A stretch of 64,000 nt of DNA from the human T2T-CHM13v2.0 reference genome, Homo sapiens, in NCBI RefSeq assembly GCF_009914755.1, contig NC_060933.1. One strand, written 5' to 3'. The translations under genes and the position numbers were made by a program. The notes below the pieces were generated by a model. That model was not told the origin of the DNA, did no database searches, and saw only the letters and a program-made list of their open reading frames with translations. Shown piece by piece: positions 1 through 19,899 of the stretch; position 1 is the stretch's first letter; the number at the start of each line of letters is the position of its first letter.

Positions 1-105
1 CACTTTTCCTTTGCCTGAGGCCCTGTAAATTAGACCCACAAAAGATCAACAAGAGAAAAAGTTTACTAATACCTTTTCTAGCCCTTTTCCCACCCCTTTG
101 AGTTA

Positions 106-480
<375 letters not shown>

Positions 481-754
481 CTAATAATGAGAAAACATCA
501 GACACCTCAGTTTGGGGATGTTTTATAGGATACCTGGCTAGGACTCCTCAAAACAGTCCTGCTACCAATGAACTTGTTTTACTTTTTTTTTATCACACAC
601 TTTATGACTTCTCATATGATTTAGTTTATTTCAAATGTTTGTGAATTATTGTTTAGAAAATTTATGAAACAATACTATGAAAATTAATGATAGTCACCAA
701 AAATCTATCAGTTGTTATAATTGATTCAGCAGTGAATGTTTTCCTCTGCTCTCT

Positions 755-1450
755 TAGGTTTAGTAACTGGGGCCTGAACATTAAACTGACAAAAGACAGA
801 TTAACAGGACAAAGGTGTTTTTCATATGTATAGGGGGAGCTTCACAGAAAAGAAGTGAAGACCCCCAAAAGCAGTTAGGCCTGGCAGTTTATATACCTTT
901 TAACAAACAGCAAAAAATTGTGGAGAAGTGACAAGACAAGGAAAATGTGTTTGAGCTTCTAGGTGTGGTAAATTATGGGAAGGTAAATATATGGGGAAAA
1001 CTAATGGAAGACAGGGACTATTTGTAAGGTTAGTTATGCAGACTCAAGTCGATGCCATCTCATTTAATAATAAGAGCTATGTTCTCTTCCTAGTATGGAG
1101 AGAGTAGGAGAAACACCTTACAAAGGGAAAGTTAGTTTTTCTTTTAGGCGGAAAGGAGGAGGGGCGAGTGTTTCTTATACATCTAATTTTTCTTGTTCTT
1201 TTCCTTTTTTAATTTTTGAGACAGGGTCTCACTCTGTCACCCAGGCTGCTGTGCAGTGGCATGACCTTGGCTCACTGCAGCCTCAACCTCCTGGGCTCAA
1301 GTGATCCACCCACCTCAAGCCTCTCAAAGTGCTAGGATTGCAGGTGTGAGTCACTGTGCCTGGCCCATCTGATCTTTCTTCATTGGCTTCAGTTCAAAAT
1401 AATTCTTAAGCCAAAGTGGCATATTTGGGATTGGCATATTCTGATCCCCT
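755..1450 (-). mobile_element. ERV1 (MER4-group) LTR fragment with a partial Alu at 1203-1365
   Basis: aaagtggcatattt..ggcatattctgatcccct end motif; family assignment uncertain. Confidence 0.45.
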
Positions 1451-1550
1451 TTTATTCAAAGGCCATAAAAACATCCATTTTTTATTTTGGTGTTGGAAAC
1501 TTATACTGTTCTCTTTCCACTGCAGAATAACATGTTAAAAAGTGATTTCT

Positions 1551-1863
<313 letters not shown>

Positions 1864-1865
1864 AT

Positions 1866-2300
1866 GTAATTTCTTTCCAAAAACCCTGACACCAGTCTAA
1901 TAATAAGAAAACATCAGATGACCCAGATTGGGGTATGTTTTATGGTTAGGACTCCTCAAAAGGGTCAAGGTTATGGGAAACAAGGAAAGACTGAGAAACT
2001 TAGGCCAGAGGAGACTAAGGAGATGTGATGAGTAAAGGGATTGTGGTGCCCTGGGTGGAATTCTGGAACAGAAAAGGAACATTAATGGAAAAATTGATAA
2101 AATGTGAATGAATTTGGAGTTTATGTCATAGTAATGTACCAATGTTAGTTTCTTAGTTTTGACAAATGTACCATGGTGATGTAGATAATAATATTGGAGG
2201 AAATGAAATAAAGTGTTAGGGTGAGGTGTACTCAAGAGTACCCTGTACTTTCTTTGCAATTCTTCTGTAAAATCTAGTTATTCCAAAATAAAAACTTTAT
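1866..2300 (+). mobile_element. L1MC-type 3' end fragment
   Basis: gagaaaacatcagac..ttgacaaatgtaccatgg..ttattccaaaataaaa. Confidence 0.7.
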
Positions 2301-2770
2301 GTTAAAATGCCATGGTAAATTATATTTTAATGGCTAGAGTAAAATTATGTTTCCTAAATGTCAGTCATTTATGTACAATCATGAATTTTCTTTTTGCTAT
2401 GTATTGATATCATGTGTACTAATATTTTCTCTAAATTGAATATTTTAAAATAATGTAAGTATATACCTACATCATGGGATTATCTGTGGTAAGATCAATA
2501 CAATGGCATAAGTTTAATATGTTATTTAAATATTTTTCTAATACCTTTTTTTCAAAAGTGAACTTTGGCAGATTATTTTCCCCCTGCAATGCAAACACAA
2601 TGTCATGCCTCCCATTTGGTTTGGCCTTTCTGACTCATATCACATGACCTTGGCCAATGCTGTGGCCTTCCTTCTTTGTCTGGGAAACTGCCATGTATTC
2701 TTCATCTCTCAGCTTACATATAACTTCCTCAGGGAAGAGCTTCCTCATGTCTCTGGCTAGCCTCTGGTGG

Positions 2771-3400
2771 TGTCAGAGGCATTTGGACCAGAGAGACTCC
2801 ATCTTGAATAGGAGCTGGGTAAAATAAAGCTGATACCTACTGGGCTGCATTCCCAGGAGGTTAGGCATTCTTAGTCTTAGGATGAGATACAAGGTCAGCA
2901 CAAGATACAGGTCACAAAGACCTTGCTGATAAAAGGATGCGGTAAAGAAGCTGGCCAAAACTGGCCAAAGCCAAGATGGCAGTGAAAGTGACCTCTGGTT
3001 GTCCTCACTGCTCATTATACACTAATCATAATACATTAGCATGCTAAAATACACTCCCACCAGCTCCATGACAGTTTAAAATGCCATGGCAACATCAGGA
3101 AGTTACCCTATATAATCTAAAAGGGAAGGAACCCTCAGTTCCAGGAATTGCCCATCCCTTTCCTGGAAAATGAATAATCCACTCCTTGTTTGGCATGTAA
3201 TCAAGGAGTAACTAACATAAATATACTCAGTCAAGCAACCCATGCTGCTAATCTGCCTATGGAGTAGCCATTCTTTTATTCCTTTACTTTCTTAATAAAC
3301 TTGCTTTCACTTTACTCTGTGGACTTTCCCTGAATTCTTTCTTCTGCAAGGTCCAAGATTCCTCTCTTGGGGTCTGGATCGGGACCTCTTTCTGGTAACA
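2771..3400 (+). mobile_element. MER41B solo LTR (ERV1)
   Basis: tgtcagaggc...tctggtaaca ends, 4-bp TSD gtgg, carries the GAS-bearing segment typical of MER41B. Confidence 0.88.
3139..3168. promoter_or_regulatory. Tandem GAS (STAT1) motifs TTCCAGGAA and TTCCTGGAA
   Basis: Two perfect TTCNNNGAA matches at 3139-3147 and 3160-3168 inside MER41B. Confidence 0.7.
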
Positions 3401-4479
3401 GTGGCACTGTATAACTCTCCTTTCCTACATTTGTCACAGCTGTATATTGCCTGTTCACAGCAGTTCTCTCATCCTTTTCACATCTCATTTTCTGCCCCAA
3501 ATAATCAAACTTCAGAAGCAAGAGCAGCTCACAGGGCTTGCCCTTCCTGGAGCCAGCTGGAAGTCTGGGGTTCGCTGGCAGAGGCGGCTGCAAGGGGGCA
3601 CTGTGGTGTTTGTGGGGGCCACCAGGAGAGCGAGGAAAGGACAGAGAGACCTTAGGGAGGATATAGGTTCAGTGCTCAAGAGAGGAGGCAAAGAGGACTA
3701 GATTTCTGGTTACAGAAGATAAGGAACATGGATGGAGATGTGGAAAGAAGAGAATGAGAATGTCTTGGGAAGAACCATAATTTGGACAGAGAGAAAGGTT
3801 ATTAATGATATCAAGGCATTCTCTGTCTCATTTTAGCCACATATGTAGAAATGAAAAGCCTAGTGGAAATCTAAAGATTGTGTTTGGCAAAGGGCAAGTT
3901 ATATTCTTAATAAGAACCCAACATTGGCAGTGAAAAATCTAGCTTTCTTGTACTATAGTAGTTCCTCAACACAGAAACAGAATAGTTTCACAACACAGTT
4001 GTGAAAAAAGTGGGATTATGGAGTAATGAAAATATTCTAATATCTGATGCTGATTAGGAAAAACATAAACTCAAGGTCTGTTGGGAGGTGCTCAGAATAA
4101 AGACCTAAACATCTAGAAAGAAAAGCAAGCCCCTTTCCAATAACACAGCCTACTCATGAAGGGCTGAAATATTTTTTAGGAATCAGAAACATATGACTTA
4201 AAGCAAAAGAATGATGAGATTTAATGCAAAATTTAAGGAGTTTTTTTTTTATTCATTTGGGTTCAATAAACATTTAATTTTCAGCTGCCCACATTGGGCT
4301 ATCACTGAGAAAAGGTGCTTGGCTGGTTGAGACAGACATGTGCAGTACTGCCACAATACAGCTGAAAAGCATGTGCACCTGCCCATGTGAGGGAGGTGCA
4401 AAGGTGGTTGAGAGCAAGTGGTAATGTGTGTGGATGAGTATGGGGAGAAGGGGCTGGGAATGGCTCACTAGAGGCAACC

Positions 4480-4850
4480 ATGTTGCATAACAAACCATCC
4501 CAAAACTTGGTAGCTTGCAATAACAATTTTTTTCACCCATGATCTGAAAGTCATTGGTAGGAAGGGGATCAGATTTGCTCCATGGGGTTCTCATCCACTT
4601 TGAACCAGTGGCTACTCCAGGATATGTTGTCATGGCAAATGGCAGGAATGCAAGAGGAGAAGTGGACATATGCAATGTCTCTAAAGGCTTGGCTTGAAAT
4701 TGTCATGATACCATGTCTGCCCACATGTCATCAGCTAGAGCAACTGAACATGGCCAAGCTCAACCTCCATGGAGTGGAGAAATACATTCTACCCACTCTA
4801 GTGGAAGGTGACACAGTCACCAGGCAGAGAGGGGATGCATAGTCTTAGCA
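4480..4850 (-). mobile_element. MLT1 LTR fragment
   Basis: tgcataacaaaccatcccaaaacttggtagctt motif. Confidence 0.55.
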
Positions 4851-5594
4851 TGAAGGGAGAAATGGAGAACAGGAGCAATCCACAGAACTACCTTGGTTGG
4901 TAATGCCCAAGCAGGGTTTTGAAGGATAAATAGAAGCTGGCCAGGCAGTGGGATGGAAAAATTTCATTTTATAATAGGCTTGGCTCAGATTAGCGCCATT
5001 ATAATTTCCCTAAGATGTCAGTTATTGAATTTCAGGTATGAGAGAAAGGAAACTGGATGCCTTCTTTGCTCTCTTCCAAGTTGACACTGCAGTTTTTAGT
5101 TCTTCTATGCACAATCCTCAAAGGAGTTCCTTATATGAGTTCTGTTGCTTTTTGTTCAACCTGAAAGTTGCAAAATTGAACTGAGGAGAAAGGCCCTGGG
5201 TAATCGTGACCATGAGGAAGAAGATGACTTGGAATGTTGTGAAGCATCTTTGTATTCAAAAGGCAGCTGGCTGCCCTCCCCAGTGAGTCACACATAAAGG
5301 GCCCCTGTTTATTAGTGTCTCCGGTCCTACTGAACACTCGGCGTTCGTGGGTTCCCCAGGAAGCCCTGAGAGTACACTTTGAAAATCAGATACATGTCTG
5401 TAAATGACCTTCCAGTTCTGTCTCCTCAGATTGCTGTGAATAATCGTGTGAGGACTGCTGTCCGGAGAGGAGGGAGCCTGAAGTCAAGGCATTCCAAGGG
5501 GCTTCAGGCATCCTCAGTTTCTTTATGAAGAGCATTTCTTTCTCCTTAGGGAGTGGTGGGGAGGCTGCACCAGGAAGACAGAGGGCAAATCCTA

Positions 5595-5730
5595 GTGTGT
5601 GTGAGAGAGAGAGAAAAAAAGAGAGAGAGAGACAGACAGAGACAGAGAGACAGAGATACAGAGACAGAAAGAGAGAGACAGACAGAGACAGAAAGAGAGA
5701 GACAGAGACAGAGAGACAGGAACAGAGAGA
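5595..5730. repeat. (GA)n/(GACAGA)n microsatellite
   Basis: Seen directly. Confidence 0.95.
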
Positions 5731-7523
5731 GGTATTCTGGATAAGATGGCTTAGAGGAGGCAGAACTAGCTTGCAGCTCCAGCTCCGATGGACAGAGCAG
5801 CGTGTGGAGACTCACATCGTAAACTTTTGCTCCAAGACCTACCGCAAGAACATACTGGGAAAGCCGAGGGAATCCACAGACCCTTTGAAGGAACTGATGA
5901 CTGCTGCAGGCTCCCTGAGATGCCGAAAACCTGTGAGTTGGCTTGCTTTCTCAACATGGAGGCTTGTGGTCTGGGGCAAGTTCTCGGCCCTGATCACCAC
6001 CTGCCTGGAAATAGACTCGGTGCTGTTGGGAGGGCACAGTGGGAGTGAGACCAGCCTCTAGGACTGTGGGCTGCATGGGGGCAGGGTGGGGCCTCTGACT
6101 GCCAGCTTTTCCTCTGGTAAAGTAATACAGGTGACCTGTATTACTCAACAGAGGCAGCCATAATCCCCCTAGGAATATAACTCAACTGGACTGGGAACCA
6201 CACTCCCATTCCCCACAGCAGCTGCAGCAAGCCCTGCCCAAGGAGAGGCTGCCCTCAGACACAACTATCCCTGCCCCCACCTGGTGGTCTTTCTCTACTG
6301 GCCCTGGTAGCCAAAGACAAAGGTCATAATCTCTTGGGAGCTCTATGGCCCTCCCCACCACCTGAGAAACCTGAATACTTAAGCAGGTGTCACTAGGGCA
6401 AGTTTGCATCCTCCCTATATATAGGACCACTGCTGATGCACTTTTGAAAGGGCCACCTCCTGGCTGGAGGCCAATCAACATAGAATTAGCACACTAAACA
6501 AAACACAGCCAAGGACACTGCAGGGTCCACTTTACTTCCTTGCTATCTCCACGGGAGCAGGGGTCGGTCTCCATGGCTGCAAGACCTGAAGACAGATCAC
6601 ATCACAGGACTCTTTGCAGACACTCCTGAGTACCAGCATGGAGATCGCTAGCTCCACTGGGTGGCTAGATCTAGAAGAGCAAAAACAATCACTACAGTTT
6701 GGCTTTCAGGAAGCCCCATTCCTAGGGGAAGGGGGAAAACACCACATTAAGGGAGCATCCTGTGGAACAAAAGAATCTGAACAGCAGCCCTTGAGTCTGA
6801 GATTTTCCCTCCAACATAGTCTACCTGAATGAGAAGGAACCAGAAAGCAATTCTGGTAATATGACAAAACAAGGTTCTTTAACACCCCAAAGGTCATACC
6901 AGCTCACCAGCAATGGATTCAAACCAAGATGAAATCACTGAATTGCCAGACAAAGAATTCAGAAGGTCAAGTATTAAGCTAATCAAGGATGCACCAGAAA
7001 AAGGTGAAGTCTAACTTAATGAAATAAAAAACATGATACAGAATATGAAATAAAAATTCTTCAGTGAAATAGAGAGTATAAATAAAAAACAGTCACAACT
7101 TTTGGAAATCAAGAACACATTCAGAGAAATGCAAAATTCACTGGAAAGCCTCAGCAATAGAATCAAACAAGCAGAAAAAAAGCTTCAGAGCTCGAAGACA
7201 AGGCTTTTGAATTAACTGAATCCATCCATCAAAGACAAAGAAAAAAGAATTTTAAAAAATGAACAAAGCCTCCCAGAAGTTTGGGACTACATTAAACAGC
7301 CAAATCTAAGAATAATCGGTGTTCCTGAGGAAGAAGAGAAATCTAAAAGTTTGGAAAACGTATTTGAGGGAATAATCAAGGAAAACTTCCCTGGCCTTGA
7401 TAGAGATCTAGACATTCAAATACAAGGAGCTCAAAGAACACCTGGGAAATTCATCACAAAAAGATCATTGCCTAGGCACATAGTCATCAGGTTATCTAAA
7501 GTCAAGATGAAGAATAGAATCTT

Positions 7524-7835
<312 letters not shown>

Positions 7836-8263
7836 AAGAATAGAATCTTAAGAGCTGTGAGGCAAAAGCATTTGGTAACCTCTAAAGGAAAATCTATCAG
7901 ATTAACAGCAGATTTCTCAGCAGAAACCCTACAAGCTAGAATGAATTGGGGTCCTATTTTTAACCTCCTTAAACAAAACAATTACCAGCCAAGAATTTTG
8001 TATTCAGCAAAACTAAGCTTCACAAATGAAGAAAAGATAGTCTTTTCCAGACAGACAAACTGAGAGAATTCACCACTACCAAGCCAGCACTACAAGAACT
8101 GCTAACATAAGCTCTAAATCTTGAAACAAATCCTTGAAATGCAACAAAATAGAACCTCCTTAAAGCATAAATCTCACAGACCCTATATAACAATAATGCA
8201 ATGAGAAAACAACAACAACAAGGTATTCAGGCAACAAACAGCACCATGAATAGAATAGTACCG

Positions 8264-8660
<397 letters not shown>

Positions 8661-9509
8661 CTAAGTTTCTGCTGTCTTCAGGAGACTCATCTAACACATA
8701 AGGACTCACATAAACTTAAGGTAAGGGGCTGGAAGAAGATATTCCATGCATATGGACACCAAAAGCAAGCAGGAGTAGCTATTCTTATATTAGACAAAAC
8801 AAACTTTAAAGCAACAGCAGTTTAAAAAGACAAAGAGGGACTTTATATAATGATAAAAGGACTAGTCCAACAGGAAAATATCACAATTCTAAATATATAC
8901 GCACCTAATGCTGGAGCTCCCAAACTTATAAAACTACTACTCAACCTAAGAAATGAGATAGACAGCAACATACTAATAGTGGAAGACTTCAATACTCCAC
9001 TAACAGCATTAGACAGGTCATCAAGACAGAAAGTCAACAAAGAAAACATGGACTTAAACTACACCCTAGAACAAATGGACTTAACAGATATTTACAGAAC
9101 ATTCTACCCAACAACTGCAGAATATACATTCTATTCATCAGCACATGGAACATCCTCCAAGATAGATCATATGATAGGCCACAAAACAAGTCTCAGACAA
9201 TTTAAGAAAACTGAAATTGTATCATGTACTCTCTCAGACCACAGTGGAATAAGATTGGAAATCAACTCCAAAAGGAACCCTCACAACCATGCAAGTACAT
9301 GAAAATTTGATAACCTGCTCCTGAATGATCACTGCAGCACCAATGAAATCAAGATGAAGATTAAAAGATCCTTTGAACTAAACGATAATAGCAACACAAA
9401 CTATCAAAACCTCTGGGATAGAGCAAAAGCGGTGCTAAAAGGAAAGTTCATACCACTAAATGCCTACATCAAAAAGTCTAAAAGAGCACAAATAGACAAT
9501 CTAAGGTCA

Positions 9510-9904
<395 letters not shown>

Positions 9905-11100
9905 TTAGAAACAAAACAGGAGATATTACAACTGATACCACAGAAATACAAAAGATTATTCAGGGTTACTATGAACACCTTTATGCACATAAACTAGAAA
10001 ACCTAGAAGAGATGGATAAATTCCTGGAAATAGACAACCCTCCTACATTAAACCAGGAAGATATAGAATCTCTGAACAGACCAATAACAAGCAGCAAGAT
10101 TGAAACGGTAATTTAAAAAACTGCCAACAACAAAAAAAGCCCAAGGCCAGATGATTCACAGCTGAATTCTATCAGACATTCAAAGAAGAATTGGTACCAC
10201 TCCTATTGACACTATTCCAAAAGACAGAGAGGGAATCCTCCCTAAATCACTCTGTGAAGCCAGTATCAACCTAATACCAAAACCAGGGAAGGACATAACA
10301 AGAAAAGAAAACTACAGACCCATATCCCTAATGAACATAGATGCAAAAATCCTCAACAAAATACTAGCTAACCAAATCCAACAGCATATCAAAAAGATAA
10401 TCCACCATGATCAAGTGGGTTTCATATCAGGGATGCAGGGATGGTTTCACATACGTAAGTCAATGAATGTGATACAGCACATAAACAGAACTAACAAAAA
10501 TCACATGATCATATCAATAGATGCAGAAAAAGCATCTGGTGTAAAAATAGGCACATAGACCAATGGAATAGAATAGGGAACCCAGAAATAAGCCAAATAC
10601 TTACAGCCAACTGATCTTCAACAAAGCAAACAAAAAATAAAGTGAGGAAAGGACATCCTAATCCACAAATGGTGCTGGGATAATTGGCAAGCCACATGTA
10701 GAAGAATGAAAGGGGATCCTCATCTCTCACCTTATACAAAAATCAACTCAAGATGGATCAAAGTCTTAAATCTAAGACCTGAAACCGTAAAGATTCTAGA
10801 AGATAATATTGAAAAAAACCCTTCTAGACATTGGCTTAGGCAAAGACTTCATGACCAAAAACTCAAAAGCAAATCAACAAAAACAAAGATAAATAGACGG
10901 GACTTAATTAAGCTAAAAAGCTTCTGCACAGCAAAGGAAATAATCAGCAGAGTTAACAGACAACTGAGAGTGGAAGAAAATTTTCACAATCTATACATCT
11001 GACAAATAACTAATATCCAGAATCCACAAAGAACGCAAACAAATCAGCAAGAAAAAAAACAATCCCATCAAAAAGTGAGCTAACAAAAGAAGGTATATGG

Positions 11101-13833
<2,733 letters not shown>

Positions 13834-14384
13834 GTTAGAAATAGATTTTTTTTTAAGTCTAAAGAGCATAGCAAACATCAACCTAAGGACTAAAGTATCT
13901 ACTGTTCCTGTCTCATACCTGCTGTACTTCTGATAAGAACATCCTCTTTCCTGGGACCTCAAATACTTAGACAATCCCCATTCATTTTTTGAGATGAAGC
14001 TTAAACATGTCCACCTTTTAAAGCCTCTCTTGATCCACCCAAACCTGGAGAACTTCAATGATTGCATTTACATTGGCTCCTACCTTAATTATCCCTCAGT
14101 GATTGCATTTACGCCAGCCCCAACTCAAAGATTGCATTTACACTGGACTACACATCTTTATGTCCCCCATAGACAGCTGTCCCCCAGGTACCTGCTTTGT
14201 TCATTTCACATCCAAGCATCCATTAGAATGCCTCTCTCATGGTAGGCACTTCACTCTAAAATCCTTTTGGGAACAAAGTGACTATGTGATTTGAAGAGAA
14301 AAAGAAAAAAATAAAGGAAGGAAGCAAGCAAGGCAGGAAGGATAGAAGGAAGGAAGGAGCAAGAACATTAAGAATGTTCAAGTT

Positions 14385-15229
<845 letters not shown>

Positions 15230-15972
15230 AGATCCTTTCCAGTTCTAAAGAGTCAAGAGAGCAAGCCAGAGCAGAGTGAGCTCTGAGTTGGCTGTTCTCT
15301 TTCTCTTCATCCACCATGCACTATGAAGAGTACTCTAGGCCATATCCCGTGCTAAGCTGGGAAGGTAGATTGTCAGATAGAAGAAAACTTTGACCTTTAA
15401 GGCTCACAGCCCAGTGGTGAAGCAGACAGGAAACAGAGAAGGCCTCCTTTTGGATATATGCAGGGGATGCGTGGAGTCCACACTTCATATGGCCTCTGTT
15501 GGCATCAACTTTCTTCACTGGGCCCCCCAACCCTCGCTCTGCTGTCTGGCTTCTGCCCTAGCTCTTGTGCCTTGTACATGAAGTATTTGTTGGGTGAGTA
15601 AATAAATGAGTTAATTGTCATGATGGAGACATGGCCAGGGAATTCTGAAAGCAGGGAGGAGGGGGTCCTAACCCAGTCTGGACCCAGGAGACGAGGGGGA
15701 GAAGTGATGAGAAAAGGTTTTCTGGAGGGGATTTAATGATTAGAATTAGCCAGGCTAAGTGTTTGCGTAATGAAGCTTCCAGGCAGTGGACACAGGCCAA
15801 GGTAGATACAGCTGGTAGAGGCCCCCAGTAGTCCAGTATGGCTGGAGGTAATGTGTGAGGCAAGGAGGATGGCAAATAGGAGGGAGGGGAGGCCTTAAGC
15901 TCTACTGTGAAGAACTGGTATTTTCTCCTATAGTTGTAGGTTTTAGTATTGAGTGAGGCAATTAAGTTTGTC

Positions 15973-16135
15973 TTTTTTTTTTTTTTTTGAGACAGAGTCT
16001 CACTGTGTTGCCCAGGCTGGAGTGCAGTGGCACCACCTTGGCTCACTGCAACCTCTGCTTGTCAGGTTCAAGCAATTATCATGCTTCAGCCTCCTGAGTA
16101 GCTGAGATTACAGGTGTGTGCCACCACACCCAGCG
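15973..16135 (-). mobile_element. Alu right arm
   Basis: Alu consensus; TSD-like aagt(t/c)tgtctttt. Confidence 0.9.
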
Positions 16136-16389
16136 AAGTCTGTCTTTTAGATAGTCTACTCCCTACTTACCCTGTGTAGCATGGATTTGAAGTGGACAAG
16201 AATGGAGGCAGGAAGGCTGTCCTTCGGAGGCAGTACTAGGAAGGATGTAAGAATTATGGGGGAGGGTAAACTGGACAGAGTTATTGATCGTGCAGACATG
16301 ACAGACAAGAGAAATATTAGAAGGTGAAACCAACTGGATTTTGTGTCACGTAGATGTGGATGGTGTGGGAGAGCAGTAGTCTAGGGTTA

Positions 16390-16815
16390 TGTGATGGTTA
16401 CTTTTATGTGTTAACTTCACTGGGCCATGGGGTGCAGACTTTTGGCCAAACACTATTCTGGGAGTGTCCCTGAGGGTATTTCTGGATGAGATTAAAGTTT
16501 GAATTGGTAAACTGAAGAAGGCAGATTGCCTTCTCTAATGTGGGTGGGCCTTGTCCAATCAATCAGTTGAAGACCGGAATAGGACAAAAAGGAGGGGGCT
16601 CCTCTGGCCTGACTGGTACTACTTGAGCTAGGTCAAGCAGTCATTTCTTGCCCTCAGACTGGAACTACACCATCTACTCTCCTGTGTCTCCAGCTTGCCA
16701 ACTACGGATCTTGAGACTTCTCAGACTCCATAGTTATGTGAGCCAATTCTTTTTAACTCCCCCACTTTACACACACACACATGCACATGCACATGCCTAC
16801 TGGTTCTGTTTTTGG
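16390..16815 (+). mobile_element. MLT2 (ERVL) LTR, within L2 remnants (about 15570-17300)
   Basis: tgtgatggttacttttatgtgttaact..gtgagccaattc..tggttctgttt. Confidence 0.75.
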
Positions 16816-17327
16816 ATGATGGGCCTATTAACTGAGCTAGGGAATGGAGTAGGAGCTGCAGTGGAGAGGAGAAGGTGGTGAATGTAGTCTGAAGTGCCTG
16901 TGGCAGAAGATGTTCAGTAGGCAGCCGAATCTACATGCCTGAAATGCAGGTGAGCAGAAGTGGCTGCAGATAATGGATTTGAGATTCAGCAGAATATTGG
17001 TGATGTCTGGAACCATGAGGAGGGATGTGATCACCCAGGTGAGTGTGCAGAGTGAAAAGTGTGGATCTTTTGCAAAAGATAAGATGATACAAAAGGAAAA
17101 AATGTTTTAAGATGGTTAGATGATAGGGGAAGACATAGGCTCTAGAATGCGGAGGGGCAGGATTTGGGCATGTTTAAAGGCTGTAGGAAGGGGAATTGTA
17201 TAACAGGGGAGCATGACAGGTGAATCCAGGTCTCCAAGCATGAATGATGAAGTCAGGGGCACAGGAACACAAGGGGGACTACCTGGACTGGACAGGCTGG
17301 AGAGAGGTCATGATAGGAAGTGGACAT

Positions 17328-17747
17328 TGATATGATTTGGATGTTTGTCTCCTCCAAATCTCATGTTGAAATGTGATCTCAAAAGTTGGAGGTGAGGCTT
17401 GGAGGGAGGTGTTTGGATCATGGAGGCAGATCCCTTGTAAATGGCTAAGTGCCATCTCCTCCGTGATAAGTGAGTCTTAACCCTATTAGTTCACAAGACA
17501 GTCGGTTGTTTAAAGGAGTCTAGCACTTCCTTCTCTCTCTCTCTTGCTCTGTCTCTTGCCCCGTGACATGCCTGCTCCCCCTTCACCTTTTGCCATGAGT
17601 GGAAGCTTCCTGAGGCATCACTAGAAGCGGATGCTGGTGCCATGCTTCCTGTACAGCTGCAGGACAGTGAGCCAAATCAACCTCTTTTCTTTGTAAATTA
17701 CCCAGGCTCAGGTATTCCTTTATAGCAACACAAAATGGACTAACACA
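17328..17747 (+). mobile_element. MSTB solo LTR
   Basis: tgatatgatttggatg...tggactaacaca. Confidence 0.85.
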
Positions 17748-18075
17748 AACCTATATATGCCAAGTTCTATAATAATAAAACAAACAAACAAAAAAATCAA
17801 AACAGAAACAATGAAAACTTTATACTATTCTTCAAACAACTCTAGGAATCATTTTTTAGGTAGACTAATAATGTAATTTAGCAAACCAGGTCACTTTGGA
17901 GAGAAAAGGAAACATTATTAATAAGTCCAGACAACAGGCATAAACAGGGATTGTTCCAGGCCAACTGGAATGTACAAAGATCCTATTTTTAGATCGCTGT
18001 TGCTTTTTGGTAAAGTAATCAAGGAGAATTTTCTATTGCTTTGGTTATGTGAATCTCTTGAAAAAGTTAATTCTA

Positions 18076-18377
18076 GCCAGGTGCAGTGGCTCATGCCTGT
18101 AATTCCAGCACTTTGGGAGGCTGAGGGGGGCAAATCACCTAATGTCAGGAGTTCGAGACCAGCCTGGCTAAGATGGTGAAACCCTGTCTTTACTAAAAAT
18201 ATGAAAATTAGCTGGGCATGGTGGTGGGCACCTGTAATCCCAGCTATTCAGGAGGCTGAGGCAGAAGAATCACTTAAACCCGGGAGGTGGAGGTTGCAGG
18301 AAGCCAAGATCGTGCCATTGCACTCTAGCCTGGGCGACAAGAGCAAAACTCTGTCTAAACAACAACAACAACAAAAA
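18076..18377 (+). mobile_element. AluS
   Basis: TSD ttaattct. Confidence 0.93.
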
Positions 18378-19887
18378 CCCCTTAATTCTTAGACAAGTAT
18401 TTCAGAATATTTTGCCAGCTCCCTGTAGAACTCGTCCCTCTGTTACCTCAATCCAATAACCTTAAACATAAAACCTTTCTCCCAGAGACAGCTTCACACT
18501 TGATGATTCCCCCAGTGGTCACCCCAGCTTAGTAGTGTCTAGCAGTGACAATCCATCTGCCCATTACTTGCAGTCTGTCATCCATTTATTTAGTCCTCTC
18601 TTTTCTGTTCATTTCTAACCAGCATGAGGGTTTAGTTGCACAACTCCATGTATACCTGGTGGTGTTGGGGCCCATGGTCTTTGCTTTATATGATGCCACA
18701 GACTGGAAAGCACTTTGAGCAAGCCTGTAGGCTTGTTACAGATAACAGGACACCTGCCTTTTCTGTTGTGTGATAACTTGATGTTCACTGTTGATGCATT
18801 ATTCATTTTGATGGCATTTGATGTTGTTTTAGCATGAATGGATTTTTTTCATTACAATGAATAGTAATTCTATTTTTCACTTAGAAGGCTAAGTGCTATC
18901 GGGGCTTTTGGGGATGAATTGCTCTGGTTAGCAAAGAGGGACTACTTATGAGAGGGGGCTCCCTAAATAAGGAGTGATTAGAGTCTCCTTCAATGTCATG
19001 GAACTGACTAGCCTAGGGAGGCCCAGAAGAGGCAAGGATTGAGAGGTTCATATGGACTCTCCTTCCTAGGGATAGAAGGTGATGCCCCTCCAGTTGCCTG
19101 GTATAGGCACACACAGCTCTGTTGTCTTCTGGGCTTGATTCTGGTTTTCTCCATCCATTGGTTCTTTCTCCTTGTCACTTGCTCAGCCATTCCTCAGCTT
19201 GGATGTGTTACCACTTACACAGAGATCTGGTATAGGAGGAGTGTGAGGGGCCCTTTCTGGAACTTGTTTTGGGGAGCTCAAGATTATATATACTTTTTCA
19301 ATGTACCTGCACTAATTGACTATATGAATACATTTACATACTTGTACATTTCGTTTTACATCTGAATATAATATGAAATTATGTTGGAGAGTTGTTTTTT
19401 TTTCTTGTGCCAATTCAAAATCTGCTTTACTTATTTATATTTTTTACTACAAAATAAATTTATTTTTACAACAAAAAGGAGAGATTATTATTCCTTTTGA
19501 CACAGGATCTTGCTACTTTGCCCAGGCTGATCTTGAACTCCTGGCTCAAAGGATCTTCCTGCCTCAGCTTCCCAAGTGGCTGGGATTACAGGCATGAGCC
19601 ACCATGTCCCAGAACTGTGAGCCAAATAAACTTTTGTTCTTTATAAATAACCCAGTATGTGGTATTCTGTTATAGCAGCAGAAAATGGATGAAGACACTG
19701 CTCTAACCCTAGAATCAGCTTCTTCTCAAGGAACCCTGATTCTTTTGATTGGAGAATTTTATTAGAAATCAAGATTTGTGCACTGGGTGTGTTGTTGCTA
19801 CTGGGGTGTCATTGCTTCTAGAACCTTTCAGTGGACAGGGCTAGGAAACATATGTATGCATGCTAACCCAGCTTATCTGTAATTATT

Positions 19888-19899
19888 TGTGTGTGTGTG

